DNA from: a virus
Lineage: Duplodnaviria > Caudoviricetes
Length of the DNA stretch: 35,396 bases
Direction: 5' to 3' (one strand)
IMG/VR virus record: IMGVR_UViG_3300014168_000011
Coordinates: 1-35,396 of that record
Position numbers and translations under genes: made by a program. The notes under the pieces were generated by a model that did no database searches, was not told the origin of the DNA, and saw only the letters and a program-made list of their open reading frames with translations. This document shows, in pieces, positions 1 to 8,709 of the stretch (position 1 is its first letter; each line of letters starts with the position of its first letter).

Positions 1-50
1 ACGGAGGTCATCCCATGCGGTTAGTAAAAAGCAGGGCCACGAGAATTCCG

Positions 51-79
51 TTGACAAGTACGATAGGAATTCGTACTAT
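51..79 (+). promoter_or_regulatory. sigma70-type promoter with overlapping inverted repeat
   Basis: TTGACA (51-56), 17-nt spacer, TACTAT (74-79); AGTACGA (57-63)/TCGTACT (71-77) inverted repeat overlaps it. Confidence 0.7.
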
Positions 80-98
80 CGAGGCGGGTAGTGAAGAC

Positions 99-533
99 GT
101 GGACGCCACCATCAAGAAGATCGTCGAGAACCTCCGCCGAAAGGAGATCGAGCGATTGAAGATCTCAATCGAGATCGACTCTTACCGTCGAACGCTGTCC
201 ATGCTCGGCGTGACAGTGGCCGAGGGTAGCCCGCTTCGTGAAGCGGACTATGCGGCGCGGCATCCCTTTAGCCGAATGGGGCTTCAGGAATCCTGCCTAA
301 TGATCTTGAAGGACCACCCCAATCAATGGTTGAGCAAGACGCAAGTCGAATATCTTCTGATGCGCGGCGAGTATTCATCAACTGCGAAGGACCCGAAAAA
401 CTCAGTGGACATCACGTTAAGACGCCTCGCAGACGACGGAGTGATTGAGGCGAAAAGGGCGCGTGGGGCCACTGGCAACCAGTACAAGGCGAAAGCACAT
501 GACGTAGCGCAATCGCGGGCCACCAATGGGTAG
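99..533 (+). CDS. hypothetical protein, probable C-terminal winged-helix DNA-binding domain
   Basis: ORF track 15..533; GTG 99 preferred because it lies downstream of the promoter; C-terminus SVDITLRRLADDGVIE..RGATGNQY resembles a wHTH recognition helix and wing. Confidence 0.5.
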   Translation: MDATIKKIVENLRRKEIERLKISIEIDSYRRTLSMLGVTVAEGSPLREADYAARHPFSRMGLQESCLMILKDHPNQWLSKTQVEYLLMRGEYSSTAKDPKNSVDITLRRLADDGVIEAKRARGATGNQYKAKAHDVAQSRATNG

Positions 534-582
534 GCCCATAACGGAACCGGGCCAGCATTGCTGCTGGCCCGCTCAAAAGCGT

Positions 583-653
583 GGGAGTGAGATGGTCTGC
601 CTGGGGTCCCTAAAACCTACCCGGCGCGGGTCCAAATCCCGCCACCTCCACCA
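583..653 (+). ncRNA. tRNA-like RNA resembling the tmRNA tRNA-like domain without mRNA-like domain
   Basis: Acceptor stem GGGAGTG/CACCTCC with G3.U70 and one mismatch, A73 discriminator, encoded CCA; T-arm GCGGG-TCCAAAT-CCCGC; central bulged stem GCCTGGGGT/ACCTACCCGGC. Confidence 0.55.
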
Positions 654-772
654 ATAACTCGGCCCGCTAGCAGTTAGAGCTACTAACGGGCCTCAATCCT
701 CACAGCCGAAGCTGATCGGAACTGCAACCCCATTATCGGCTGATCGGCTGTGAATCTCAAGAGGATTCACAG

Positions 773-1723
773 ATGACTTGCCACAACTGCCACTCGAACT
801 GTGAGCGCTATGGGCGGGACCGTTACGGCCACCAGCGCTACCGCTGCCGCAAATGCTCAAAGACCTTCCAGGAGCCGCGCGAGAAGCCGCTAGAAGGCAT
901 GTACACGCCGATGGACAAGGCTGAGATGATTCTCAAGCTGCTCGTTGAGGGCGTGAGTATCCGATCCATTGAACGGCTGACTGAGATTCACCGTGACACG
1001 ATCCTTCGGCTGCTGGTTATCGCGGGCGAGAAGTGCGCCACGCTGATGGGCCGATTGCTCGTCAACATTCCCGTTAAGGATGTGGAGTGCGATGAAATCT
1101 GGGGCTTCGTCTACAAGAAGGAAGGCCACAAGTGGCCGGTAGAAAAGGACAACCCCAACATCGGCGATGCCTACTGTTTCGTCGCCATCGAGCGCAATAC
1201 GAAGATCGTCCTGAACTTTGCTCTCGGTCGCCGGAGCCAGGCCACGACGGATGTGTTTGTTGAAGACTTGCGGCTCGCCACGGCAAAAGATCGGTACCAG
1301 ATCACCACCGATGGTTTTGTGCCGTATCAGTCGGCCATCGACACGACGCTGTGTGATCGCGTGGACTTCGCGCAACTCATCAAGGTGTACCGCGCCGAGC
1401 GGGAAGGGGAAGCGCGTTACTCGCCACCAGAGGTAGTTGGAACGGAGAAGATTACGATCACCGGGAACCCCGATCCGAAGCGCATTTGCACGTCCATTGT
1501 GGAGCGTCAGAATCTCACGATGCGGATGCAAATTCGACGCCTCACCCGACTAACGAATGCCTTTTCAAAGAAGTGGGACAACCTCTGGGCCGCGCTCTGC
1601 TTGCACTTCGCGTGGTACAACTTCTGCCGAGTCCATCGCAGCTTGCGCGTTACGCCTGCAATGCAAGCGGGAATCGCCGATCATGTCTGGGAAGTGCGAG
1701 AATTGCTGTGGACATCGCGATAG
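773..1723 (+). mobile_element. IS1-family DDE transposase (single ORF)
   Basis: N-terminal CxxC..CxxC zinc ribbon, HTH (EGVSIRSIERLTEIHRDTI), CDEIWGF, TTDG, TSIVERQNLTMRMQIRRLTRLTNAFSKK; terminal inverted repeats not located. Confidence 0.9.
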
Positions 1724-1819
1724 ACTGTACGGATTGTCGCCTCGTCCTTGATTCGGCTCAGTTTGTCGAATTGCCGGAAGAGACGATTGATTCGTTGCCG
1801 CAACGGCGATGGTATCGTC

Positions 1820-2194
1820 ATGATTAGCATTACGCCAGAAGAAGCATTCATCCTCTTTGAGGGATGGGAATCTGAAAGCGCTGTAGTCTCATGCACCTCT
1901 GGCCTTTTTGACTGGGCGTTTAGCTTCAAGGGGCGAATATCCTCCTTAACCCGCAACGGCGTTTCATTGATTTCCTTGGACCGAGCCGTATCTCTTACCG
2001 TGCCCTTGCTCCGAGAAGGTTTCTTCTTTGCATTCGCTGATACTCGGGAAGCCAATTTACCAGAAGCCCCCCAAGACACTCCATGCTTGGTCGTGGGTCT
2101 TCCGCCGCGCTTACGGCCATCTGAATTCTCGGTTACGGTAGGGCCACCACTGCGAGAAAAATTGATATTCATACAGTTGCCTAGCCAATCATAA
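1820..2194 (+). CDS. hypothetical protein, possible IS passenger gene
   Basis: ORF 1748..2194 with ATG at 1820; visibly more AT-rich than the phage genes. Confidence 0.5.
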   Translation: MISITPEEAFILFEGWESESAVVSCTSGLFDWAFSFKGRISSLTRNGVSLISLDRAVSLTVPLLREGFFFAFADTREANLPEAPQDTPCLVVGLPPRLRPSEFSVTVGPPLREKLIFIQLPSQS

Positions 2195-2868
2195 ACTCCA
2201 AGTATAAGAAATCGGCTCCGATGCCGCGTAGCCAACGCCGCTTGCATCTGATACAACGGACCTCATCGGTGCGAATCCTACCGCAAGCAAGACGCCGCAA
2301 GACGCCACGCTCCGACCGTCGCATCGGTGAGCTACCACCTAAGAGGAAGGCTCGGGAGTGAGACTTCCGCCCGCTCTCCGCCTCCATTTTCCCCTATGCG
2401 ACGGTATCGGGAGGCGCGCCGCGATGCGTCTATGGGCACGCCACGCATGGTACTAAAGTCCCGGTTTCGTCGTGTTTTCGCCAGTATTGGCTATCTGCCG
2501 GGCCGGAGCGTACCTCATGGTCCCATGATATCCGCTCGCCTGGGCCGCTGGCGACTCGCCACCTCGTTAGATGGGTGGCTGGCCGGGGCCACCGGGCCAG
2601 TTGGAGGCCGGAGCGGGTCGGATCGGAGCAGCCGCGCCACTCTTGGCCATCCTCACCAGGTTTGCACAGGGGTGCCGGGTGCGCCTGGGAGATCCTGTTT
2701 TTCTTAGACTGACCTCCGCCCGCGATTTTTCTGAAAAAAATAAATCAGGAAGTGAAAATGCAGAACCAATGTTTTCATGGAGATAGTCAGGGTACGCCAC
2801 CGTGCGGAGACAAGGGCGAAGTGGAAGATGGGGGAGTGGGGTCCGTTGTCCGCGAGTATCCTACAACA

Positions 2869-2956
2869 CGGGCGTCACTGACGGGGCGGAGGTGGAAATA
2901 GTAACGCCCGAGTCCACGCCCGGTCGTGGCCGAATCAACGCCCGAACTAACGCCCG
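2869..2956. repeat. cluster of ACGCCCG heptamers
   Basis: Direct copies at 2904, 2916, 2938, 2950; inverted copy at 2869-2875. Confidence 0.65.
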
Positions 2957-2963
2957 AATTGTG

Positions 2964-2993
2964 TTGACGTGCGAAGGGGAGGGGGAATAAGAT
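2964..2993 (+). promoter_or_regulatory. putative sigma70 promoter for a leaderless transcript
   Basis: TTGACG-18 nt-TAAGAT, ATG 2999 follows 5 nt later. Confidence 0.45.
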
Positions 2994-2998
2994 GGGGC

Positions 2999-3247
2999 AT
3001 GGACAAAAAAGAGAACCGGAAGGCGGACGGGCGGTTTGCGCCGGGGACGGAGACGGGGAAGGCGCATCGGTTTAAGGCGGGAGTCGAAATGCGGCCCCGG
3101 AAGGACTATTGGGGCGAGGAGTGGCTACGGATGCGGTACGTGACGGCGTGGCGGACGGTGGCGGATATAGCGCGGGAGGCTGGGTGCAGCGAGTCGAACA
3201 TCTGGCACTGGCTGAGGCGGCATGGGATCGAGAGGGAGGAACGATGA
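2999..3247 (+). CDS. small HTH DNA-binding protein, resembles N-terminal part of phage HNH endonucleases
   Basis: GRF..G..HRFK repeat-like N-terminus; WLRMRY..RTVADIAREAGCSESNIWHWLRRHGI HTH; no HNH domain present. Confidence 0.6.
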   Translation: MDKKENRKADGRFAPGTETGKAHRFKAGVEMRPRKDYWGEEWLRMRYVTAWRTVADIAREAGCSESNIWHWLRRHGIEREER

Positions 3248-3382
3248 GTCCATCTGGCGTGATGACAGTGATCGCGGTTGTGCTGTCGATGGGGTGATGT
3301 GGCCGAAGACCGAGCAGTGCCGGGGCGGGTACGTGGCGTGGTTCCACGAAGCGGCGTTGGTGACGCCGTTAAGTGAGGAGGG

Positions 3383-3577
3383 GTGATGTGCCTTCTGATT
3401 ATACCCGCCTTTAGGGCTTACGATCCGCCGCCGTCTGGCTATCTCCAATGGCACGAGTGGGCACGAGCACAGATTAAGGCGGGGCTGCGGCAGAAGCGAT
3501 GCCCGAAGTGCGGGCTGTGGCGGTTCCCGCAGGAGAAGTGCTGCGGTGACAAAGGGCGGGTGTTGAGGGATGGATGA
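3383..3577 (+). CDS. small Cys-rich phage hypothetical protein
   Basis: GAGGAG RBS; YLQWHEWA..QKRCPKCGLWRFPQE. Confidence 0.55.
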   Translation: MMCLLIIPAFRAYDPPPSGYLQWHEWARAQIKAGLRQKRCPKCGLWRFPQEKCCGDKGRVLRDG

Positions 3578-3999
3578 TGGCAACGAAGACCGTTTACATG
3601 GGCACGACAAAGATTGCGGTAGGTAAGACCTCTGGCGAGATTATCCAGGTGCTTGTTGCCTCCGGGGCACGACAGGTGGCAATGGAGTACACGCCCGCTG
3701 GGCGGCTCGCTGGGCTACGGTTCACCATTCCTGTAAGCGGCAGCGATGTGCTATTTGAACTCCCGGCGCGGGTCGATCCGCTGTTGAAGTACACCCGGCA
3801 GGACCGGGCACAGGCCGAGCGCGTGGCGTGGCGGCAACTGCTGCGATGGTGCCAAGCTCAATTGGCAATGATAGAAGTGGGGATGCTGAAGGCCGAAGAG
3901 GTATACACGCCTTACGCGGTGCAGCCGAACGGGCGCACCTTGTTTGAGGCGCTGACCGAGAGCCGGTTCAAGATGCTGGCGGCAGCGCAGGATGCGTGA
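3574..3999 (+). CDS. phage hypothetical protein
   Basis: Coupled 141-aa ORF; QAERVAWRQLLRWCQAQLAMIE motif. Confidence 0.7.
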   Translation: MMATKTVYMGTTKIAVGKTSGEIIQVLVASGARQVAMEYTPAGRLAGLRFTIPVSGSDVLFELPARVDPLLKYTRQDRAQAERVAWRQLLRWCQAQLAMIEVGMLKAEEVYTPYAVQPNGRTLFEALTESRFKMLAAAQDA

Positions 4000-4217
4000 T
4001 GACTGACGAAGTCAAGGTGCGCACCCCGACCGAGACACTACTGGAGTGTTTGGAGAAGTTCGGCGATGCCGAGCCGGATCGGGCAATGGTAGTGTGGACC
4101 GATGAGGCGGGCGACCTGTGTTGGGCGACGAGCGGCCAGCGAGGCTACACCGTGATGATCGGGATGCTGAAGTGTGTGGAGGCCGTGTTGATGGCGAAGT
4201 TTCTGGGATCGGAGTAG
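3996..4217 (+). CDS. hypothetical protein
   Basis: Start/stop overlap with upstream gene. Confidence 0.55.
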   Translation: MMTDEVKVRTPTETLLECLEKFGDAEPDRAMVVWTDEAGDLCWATSGQRGYTVMIGMLKCVEAVLMAKFLGSE

Positions 4218-4249
4218 TGGATCGAGCCGCTTAAAGCGGCGGGAGGGGA

Positions 4250-4519
4250 GTGATGACGGATCAAGAGAAGATCGACGAACTGGTTGCCGCGCTGAAGCCC
4301 GAGGACCGCCTCAACGCTGGCCGCGTCATTTTCGACGGTTACAAGCCTGAGAACGTCGTGGATCTGATCCAGTGCCTCGGCATCTGGCTCCATCAGGAGT
4401 TGGCGCGCGTAGGGAATGTCGATCACAGAACGACACGGAAGATCAAGCGGGAGATCAAGCGGGAGATCGACCGGCTAGGGAACCAGTGTTCAAGGGCAAT
4501 CGGGGAGGCTTCCCGATGA
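4250..4519 (+). CDS. hypothetical protein
   Basis: GGAGG RBS; contains a 12-bp tandem duplication (IKRE-IKRE). Confidence 0.55.
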   Translation: MMTDQEKIDELVAALKPEDRLNAGRVIFDGYKPENVVDLIQCLGIWLHQELARVGNVDHRTTRKIKREIKREIDRLGNQCSRAIGEASR

Positions 4520-5214
4520 CCACACCCCTAACCCTCCAGGAGTTGGAACGCCGGAAGCTGTCGGCCAACACGGCCAGCGGCATCGCGCTCTTTAACCAGA
4601 TCATCGCCGTTTTCAAGGAACGGGACGAACTCAAGGCTCAGCTTGCCGCCTCGCAGGCGCGGGAGTGTCGGATGTCGGAGGCGCTGCAAGGCGCTCACCG
4701 CGATTTCAATGAGCTACCCCAAGGCGCAAGCTGCGCGGACGAGATCGGGTTCGCGATGATGCATATCGAAATGGCCCTCTCCGCCTCCGGGCCGTGCCCG
4801 CACAAAGCCGAAGCAGACGGGCGGTTGAAACAACTGTTGACCCAGATCGAGATGAATCACGCCGCCATCCGCGAATGGAAGGCCGAAGTGGAGCGGCTGA
4901 ATGCGAAGTGCGCAGCGCTCCAAAAGGAAATCACCAATTGGATGGCTGCCGGAGAAAAAGCCGGGTACGTCTTCGGGCTGGCAAAGGATGGTGCTTTCGT
5001 TGAGCACAATCCGAAGTTGGCGACGGAGTGTATGTCGCTAACCATCGGCGAGCTTGAGTCCGAAGTGGATCAACTGCGGAAGCTGTGCGGCGAGGCGGCG
5101 GTATGGGTGCAGCGCTGGCTTGAAACCGCGAAGCAAAACGGGTTTGGGGAAGAACCAGTTGCGATAGAGATGCATAACGAGCTTCAGGCGGCGGCGGAAG
5201 GGCGGAAGGGATGA
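4516..5214 (+). CDS. coiled-coil phage hypothetical protein
   Basis: GGAGG then ATG 4516 overlapping the upstream stop; heptad-rich. Confidence 0.6.
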   Translation: MTTPLTLQELERRKLSANTASGIALFNQIIAVFKERDELKAQLAASQARECRMSEALQGAHRDFNELPQGASCADEIGFAMMHIEMALSASGPCPHKAEADGRLKQLLTQIEMNHAAIREWKAEVERLNAKCAALQKEITNWMAAGEKAGYVFGLAKDGAFVEHNPKLATECMSLTIGELESEVDQLRKLCGEAAVWVQRWLETAKQNGFGEEPVAIEMHNELQAAAEGRKG

Positions 5215-6131
5215 GCGACGAATTCACGGTTAGCGACATGCTCGACCAATTGGAAGGGAATCTGAAGATCGCTGGAGATGGATTGCTTATGGCGCAGTCC
5301 AAGGTCTCCCGCCTCACCACCGAGCTGGCGGCGCGGACGGAGGAACTGGCTGCGTCGAAGGCCATCGAGCGCGATCTGCTCGCAGTCACTGAAGATTACA
5401 AGGCGCGAGAGAAGGCGCGGACGGCAGAGCGGGACGCGGCGAGAGAATCGCTTCTCAACGTCGCCAAGGAACTCTGCCCTGGCTCACCGGAAGACAGCCA
5501 GCGGGCCGAAGTCGATATCGACGCAATGGGCGCTTGCCAGATCATCAGGCGGATGCGAAAAGAGCGGGACGCGGCCAACCGCAAACTCCAGGCCATCAGC
5601 TTTGCGGCCGGCAATGTCGCCGTGCATACCGGATGGCCTGTTGAGGCACAGAAGGCGCTCATTGCTTGCGGTGAGGAGCGGGACGCGGCCACCGAGCGCG
5701 CCGAGAAGGCCGAGCGGGAGCGGGACGGGCTGGCGGCGGCACTGGGCCAAGTGCAGGCAATCCTCCATGAGGCACCGGAGCTTAATCCGTCGAACTACAA
5801 CAGTGACGAGCTTCACGCCTTGAACGACGCCTGCATCGAAGCCTGGGAAATAGTCGCAACTGCAGCCGGCCAATTTGCCCCCATCCTTGCCGCCCACGAC
5901 GCCGCCCTCAAGGCCCGCGCGAAGGCTGAGGGGCTGAACGCTTTTGCTGACCACATCCGCGACACGTGGGGCCAGGCCTACCCGCTGGACATCTGGCCCG
6001 AACCATTGCCGTCGTCGATTCCGCCTGATCTGCGCTCGGTCTGCTCGGCTTCGATGGGGCGCCACATGGCCACAAAGATCGAGCAGGAAGCCCGGGAGAT
6101 GGCCGCGCAGGCTGAAGGAGAAGCGCAATGA
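5211..6131 (+). CDS. coiled-coil phage protein with ERDAA repeats (Ead/Ea22-like style)
   Basis: Coupled ORF; repeated GAGCGGGACG encoding ERDAA/ERDG. Confidence 0.6.
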   Translation: MSDEFTVSDMLDQLEGNLKIAGDGLLMAQSKVSRLTTELAARTEELAASKAIERDLLAVTEDYKAREKARTAERDAARESLLNVAKELCPGSPEDSQRAEVDIDAMGACQIIRRMRKERDAANRKLQAISFAAGNVAVHTGWPVEAQKALIACGEERDAATERAEKAERERDGLAAALGQVQAILHEAPELNPSNYNSDELHALNDACIEAWEIVATAAGQFAPILAAHDAALKARAKAEGLNAFADHIRDTWGQAYPLDIWPEPLPSSIPPDLRSVCSASMGRHMATKIEQEAREMAAQAEGEAQ

Positions 6132-6601
6132 TTGACTCCCGGCTCGAAACCCACAAGCACATCCAAACTGTTCAGCGCATTCTGGCACTCGCGATTGCTG
6201 ATCTAGTTCAGCGCGGGCCGGAGCACGATTCGACAAAACTGAAATCGCCCGAGGTTGAACTGTTCGACGAATTCACACCGCTTCTGGCGGCGACAACCTA
6301 CGGTACCGATGAGTACAGGGCGCTCCTCGCCAAGATCAAGCCAGCGCTCGACCATCACTACGCCGCACATCGACACCACCCCGAGCACTTTCCGGATGGC
6401 ATCCAGGGAATGAACCTGATGGATCTGCTGGAGATGATTTGCGATTGGATGGCGGTGGCGAAGCGTCACGCCGATGGCGATGTCGTTCGCTCTATTGAGG
6501 TCGGTAAAAAGCGGTTCGGCTACTCGGAAGACCTGTACTGGATACTTCTGAATACCGTCGCTGCGCTCGACGCTGCGCAGGCAGAGGCACCCCATGCCTG
6601 A
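6128..6601 (+). CDS. HD-like phage protein (DUF5662-like)
   Basis: HKHI, HDSTKL..PE, HHYAAHRHHPEHF, MNLMDLLEMICDW motifs. Confidence 0.75.
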   Translation: MIDSRLETHKHIQTVQRILALAIADLVQRGPEHDSTKLKSPEVELFDEFTPLLAATTYGTDEYRALLAKIKPALDHHYAAHRHHPEHFPDGIQGMNLMDLLEMICDWMAVAKRHADGDVVRSIEVGKKRFGYSEDLYWILLNTVAALDAAQAEAPHA

Positions 6602-6824
6602 TCTCACATTGAAGCGGGTGGACGCGGCGATCCACGCGGTCACATCCTGGGCAACCGGCTGGACGGATCGCGACCGCGCCATCTTTCTCGCCGGGATGAA
6701 AGCGGCTGCAGCGTTCGCCTGACAAGCGGGAATTGATGATCCGAAGCATCCGACGGGCCACGCGCGAGATGCCATCCGCACGGCGATTCGCGGGCTGAAG
6801 AAGGAGATGCGATGCAAGAGCTGA
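6594..6824 (+). pseudogene. small ORF interrupted by one in-frame TGA
   Basis: MPDLTLKR..AAFA*QAGIDDPK..EMRCKS; TGA at 6720-6722, frame stays open to 6824. Confidence 0.4.
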
Positions 6825-6865
6825 GACGGGCCGATGGGAGAACCTGAAAGCGAGGGCTAAGAGAG

Positions 6866-7129
6866 ATGAAGCACGCAAGGGCTGACCTGTTTGAAGCAAT
6901 CAACGCGAAGTGCCAGTCCAATGACAGAACTTGGGGCGGCGCAGAGCATGACGATCAGCACTCACGGCGCGACTGGATCGCGTTCATCGTCCGGCAGTTG
7001 GGAGACGCGGAGCAGTGGGCCGACTTCATTGCGACTGCTGAATACAAGGACCAGTTGATCGCGGTAGCCGCGCTTGCGGTCCAAGCAATTGAGAGCGTCA
7101 ACCGGATCACAGAAGGGCCGAAGCGATGA
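6866..7129 (+). CDS. MazG-like nucleotide pyrophosphohydrolase-fold protein (degenerate)
   Basis: WGG..HDDQH..WIAFI..LG..KDQLIAVAALAVQAIE pattern typical of small phage MazG-like proteins. Confidence 0.55.
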   Translation: MKHARADLFEAINAKCQSNDRTWGGAEHDDQHSRRDWIAFIVRQLGDAEQWADFIATAEYKDQLIAVAALAVQAIESVNRITEGPKR

Positions 7130-7365
7130 ACTATGGCAGACCAGACTGGGACCGGAAAGGGTTTCTGACGGAGGATAACCAGGAACCCATTTTCGTTATC
7201 CGTGGGCAGGACCAAGTGGGTGCCGCTGCCGTCCGTGCTTGGGCGCACATGCACCGTCTGAATGGTGGTTCGGATATCGTCTATGCGAGCGCCATGAGAC
7301 AGGCGGATGCGATGGATGCTTGGCCCATCCATAAAGCGGCGGACCTCCCGAGGCCCGAGCGGTGA
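7126..7365 (+). CDS. small phage hypothetical protein
   Basis: EPIFVIRGQD..AAAVRAWA..MDAW..KAAD motif; coupled ORF. Confidence 0.65.
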   Translation: MNYGRPDWDRKGFLTEDNQEPIFVIRGQDQVGAAAVRAWAHMHRLNGGSDIVYASAMRQADAMDAWPIHKAADLPRPER

Positions 7366-7631
7366 CGATTTGGCCCGTGCGAGAGCGTATCGAGGAGTCT
7401 GTGCTGCCATCGTACCACTATCGTTACTGGCGCACGGAGATGGATCTATCGGCCTCCATCGAAGGGCTCAGCCCGCAGGGCATCGTGGAGAACATTATGT
7501 CCCAGCGGGGCCTCTGGATATACACGCCGGGAAGACGGCACACGGTCTCTGCTCTATCCAGCACGATGGCGGCTCTTGACGAGATTCTGATAGAGGATGA
7601 GGATGATTTCTTTCCTGCGCCCTTTCGGTAA
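7362..7631 (+). CDS. hypothetical protein
   Basis: GTGA overlap with upstream gene. Confidence 0.45.
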   Translation: MTIWPVRERIEESVLPSYHYRYWRTEMDLSASIEGLSPQGIVENIMSQRGLWIYTPGRRHTVSALSSTMAALDEILIEDEDDFFPAPFR

Positions 7632-7875
7632 GCCGCCTGCCAATCCTCTCACGGGAACCGCCTGGGACGCCCACACCGAGGAGGACGTGCTGAAGGTTCT
7701 GACGGCTTGCACGGACTGGATGGGCGAGCGGCAGGTGATGATGGCGACGGGCATTCCCTTGCGCCGGGCCAGAACGGCCATCATCACGGCGGTGCGTCGG
7801 AAGCTGCTGGAGACGCGCACCCACGCCGTCAAGAACAGGTCGAACGTGAGGGACGAATACCGGATGCTTGCATGA
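7597..7875 (+). CDS. hypothetical protein, possible winged helix
   Basis: GAGG RBS; WMGERQVMMATGIPLRRAR..DEYRM. Confidence 0.45.
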   Translation: MRMISFLRPFGKPPANPLTGTAWDAHTEEDVLKVLTACTDWMGERQVMMATGIPLRRARTAIITAVRRKLLETRTHAVKNRSNVRDEYRMLA

Positions 7876-8087
7876 AACGCGATTTTGGATATTACTGGAT
7901 CAGGCTGGAACACGCCGACTGGCAACCAGCCGAGTTCACGCAAAGGCGTATCCCTGGACGAGACGGTGGGCTTGAGGCCGATTGGGAACCAGTCTGGTTC
8001 ACTTGCGGTGAAGGTGGTGGCCTGATTTGGGAGAAGGAGATTTTGGCCATTGGCCCGCGCATTGAAATCCCCGTGGAGTTGAAATGA
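7872..8087 (+). CDS. hypothetical protein
   Basis: ATGA overlap; GYYWIR..WQPAEF..IGPRIEIP. Confidence 0.55.
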   Translation: MKRDFGYYWIRLEHADWQPAEFTQRRIPGRDGGLEADWEPVWFTCGEGGGLIWEKEILAIGPRIEIPVELK

Positions 8088-8338
8088 AGCACTTATCGAA
8101 GCTGATTAGCAACTGGCGCTGGATGGAGCGGATCACGGCGCGGGAGGCTGCGGAGCAGATCGGGCTGAGTCCGTCCACTTATTCCCGGCTGGAGCGCGGG
8201 TGTCCAGTGGACGGCGGCACGCTGGCGATTGTGCTGACGTGGCTGCTGAAGCCGGACGCTGATGTGCCGAAGCCCAGTCTTGATGCAGACTTGGGCGATT
8301 ACCCAGCAGTAGAGGCCCCTGCCAATGCAGACATTTGA
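8084..8338 (+). CDS. XRE-family HTH transcriptional regulator
   Basis: ITAREAAEQIGLSPSTYSRLERG. Confidence 0.85.
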   Translation: MKHLSKLISNWRWMERITAREAAEQIGLSPSTYSRLERGCPVDGGTLAIVLTWLLKPDADVPKPSLDADLGDYPAVEAPANADI

Positions 8339-8663
8339 AGAAGCTCTCACCACCGTCTGCCAGACCGTTCCCGGCGATGAGGATGCCGAGCGGCGGGTTT
8401 GCAATCTCCAACGAGAGTTCCGCCCCGATATATTCGGGAATGAAACGCTACGGCAATTGGGCTACAGCTTCGTCAAGGCCATGGACGAACACCCGGACGA
8501 CGACATAGAGGAAGGCGAGCTGTCGACGGGGATGCTCGTCCAGTTCTTCCTGAACGCTGTCTGCCTGGGGGTGACCATCGGGGTACAGATGGAGCGCAAC
8601 GATTTGGACGATGCGCCGAAGTGCGGGCTGTGGCGGAGAGTGCGGGCGCTCCTTGCAAAATAG
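8325..8663 (+). CDS. hypothetical protein
   Basis: Overlaps upstream gene; CLGVTIGVQME segment resembles the next ORF. Confidence 0.55.
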   Translation: MQTFEEALTTVCQTVPGDEDAERRVCNLQREFRPDIFGNETLRQLGYSFVKAMDEHPDDDIEEGELSTGMLVQFFLNAVCLGVTIGVQMERNDLDDAPKCGLWRRVRALLAK

Positions 8664-8666
8664 ACC

Positions 8667-8695
8667 TTGCATTTCTGTCGCCCATTAACTAGGAT
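8667..8695 (+). promoter_or_regulatory. putative sigma70 promoter
   Basis: TTGCAT-17 nt-TAGGAT in intergenic gap. Confidence 0.5.
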
Positions 8696-8709
8696 AGTTG
8701 AGGGGTGCA

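Noticed and set aside
583-653. Pyrrolysine or amber suppressor tRNA implying TAG recoding
   Set aside because: No U33, non-canonical arms, alanine-type acceptor; TAG terminates many genes here normally
6128-7129. Z-genome (PurZ/DatZ/MazZ) cluster
   Set aside because: No PurZ-like gene in the window and the MazG-like protein is degenerate
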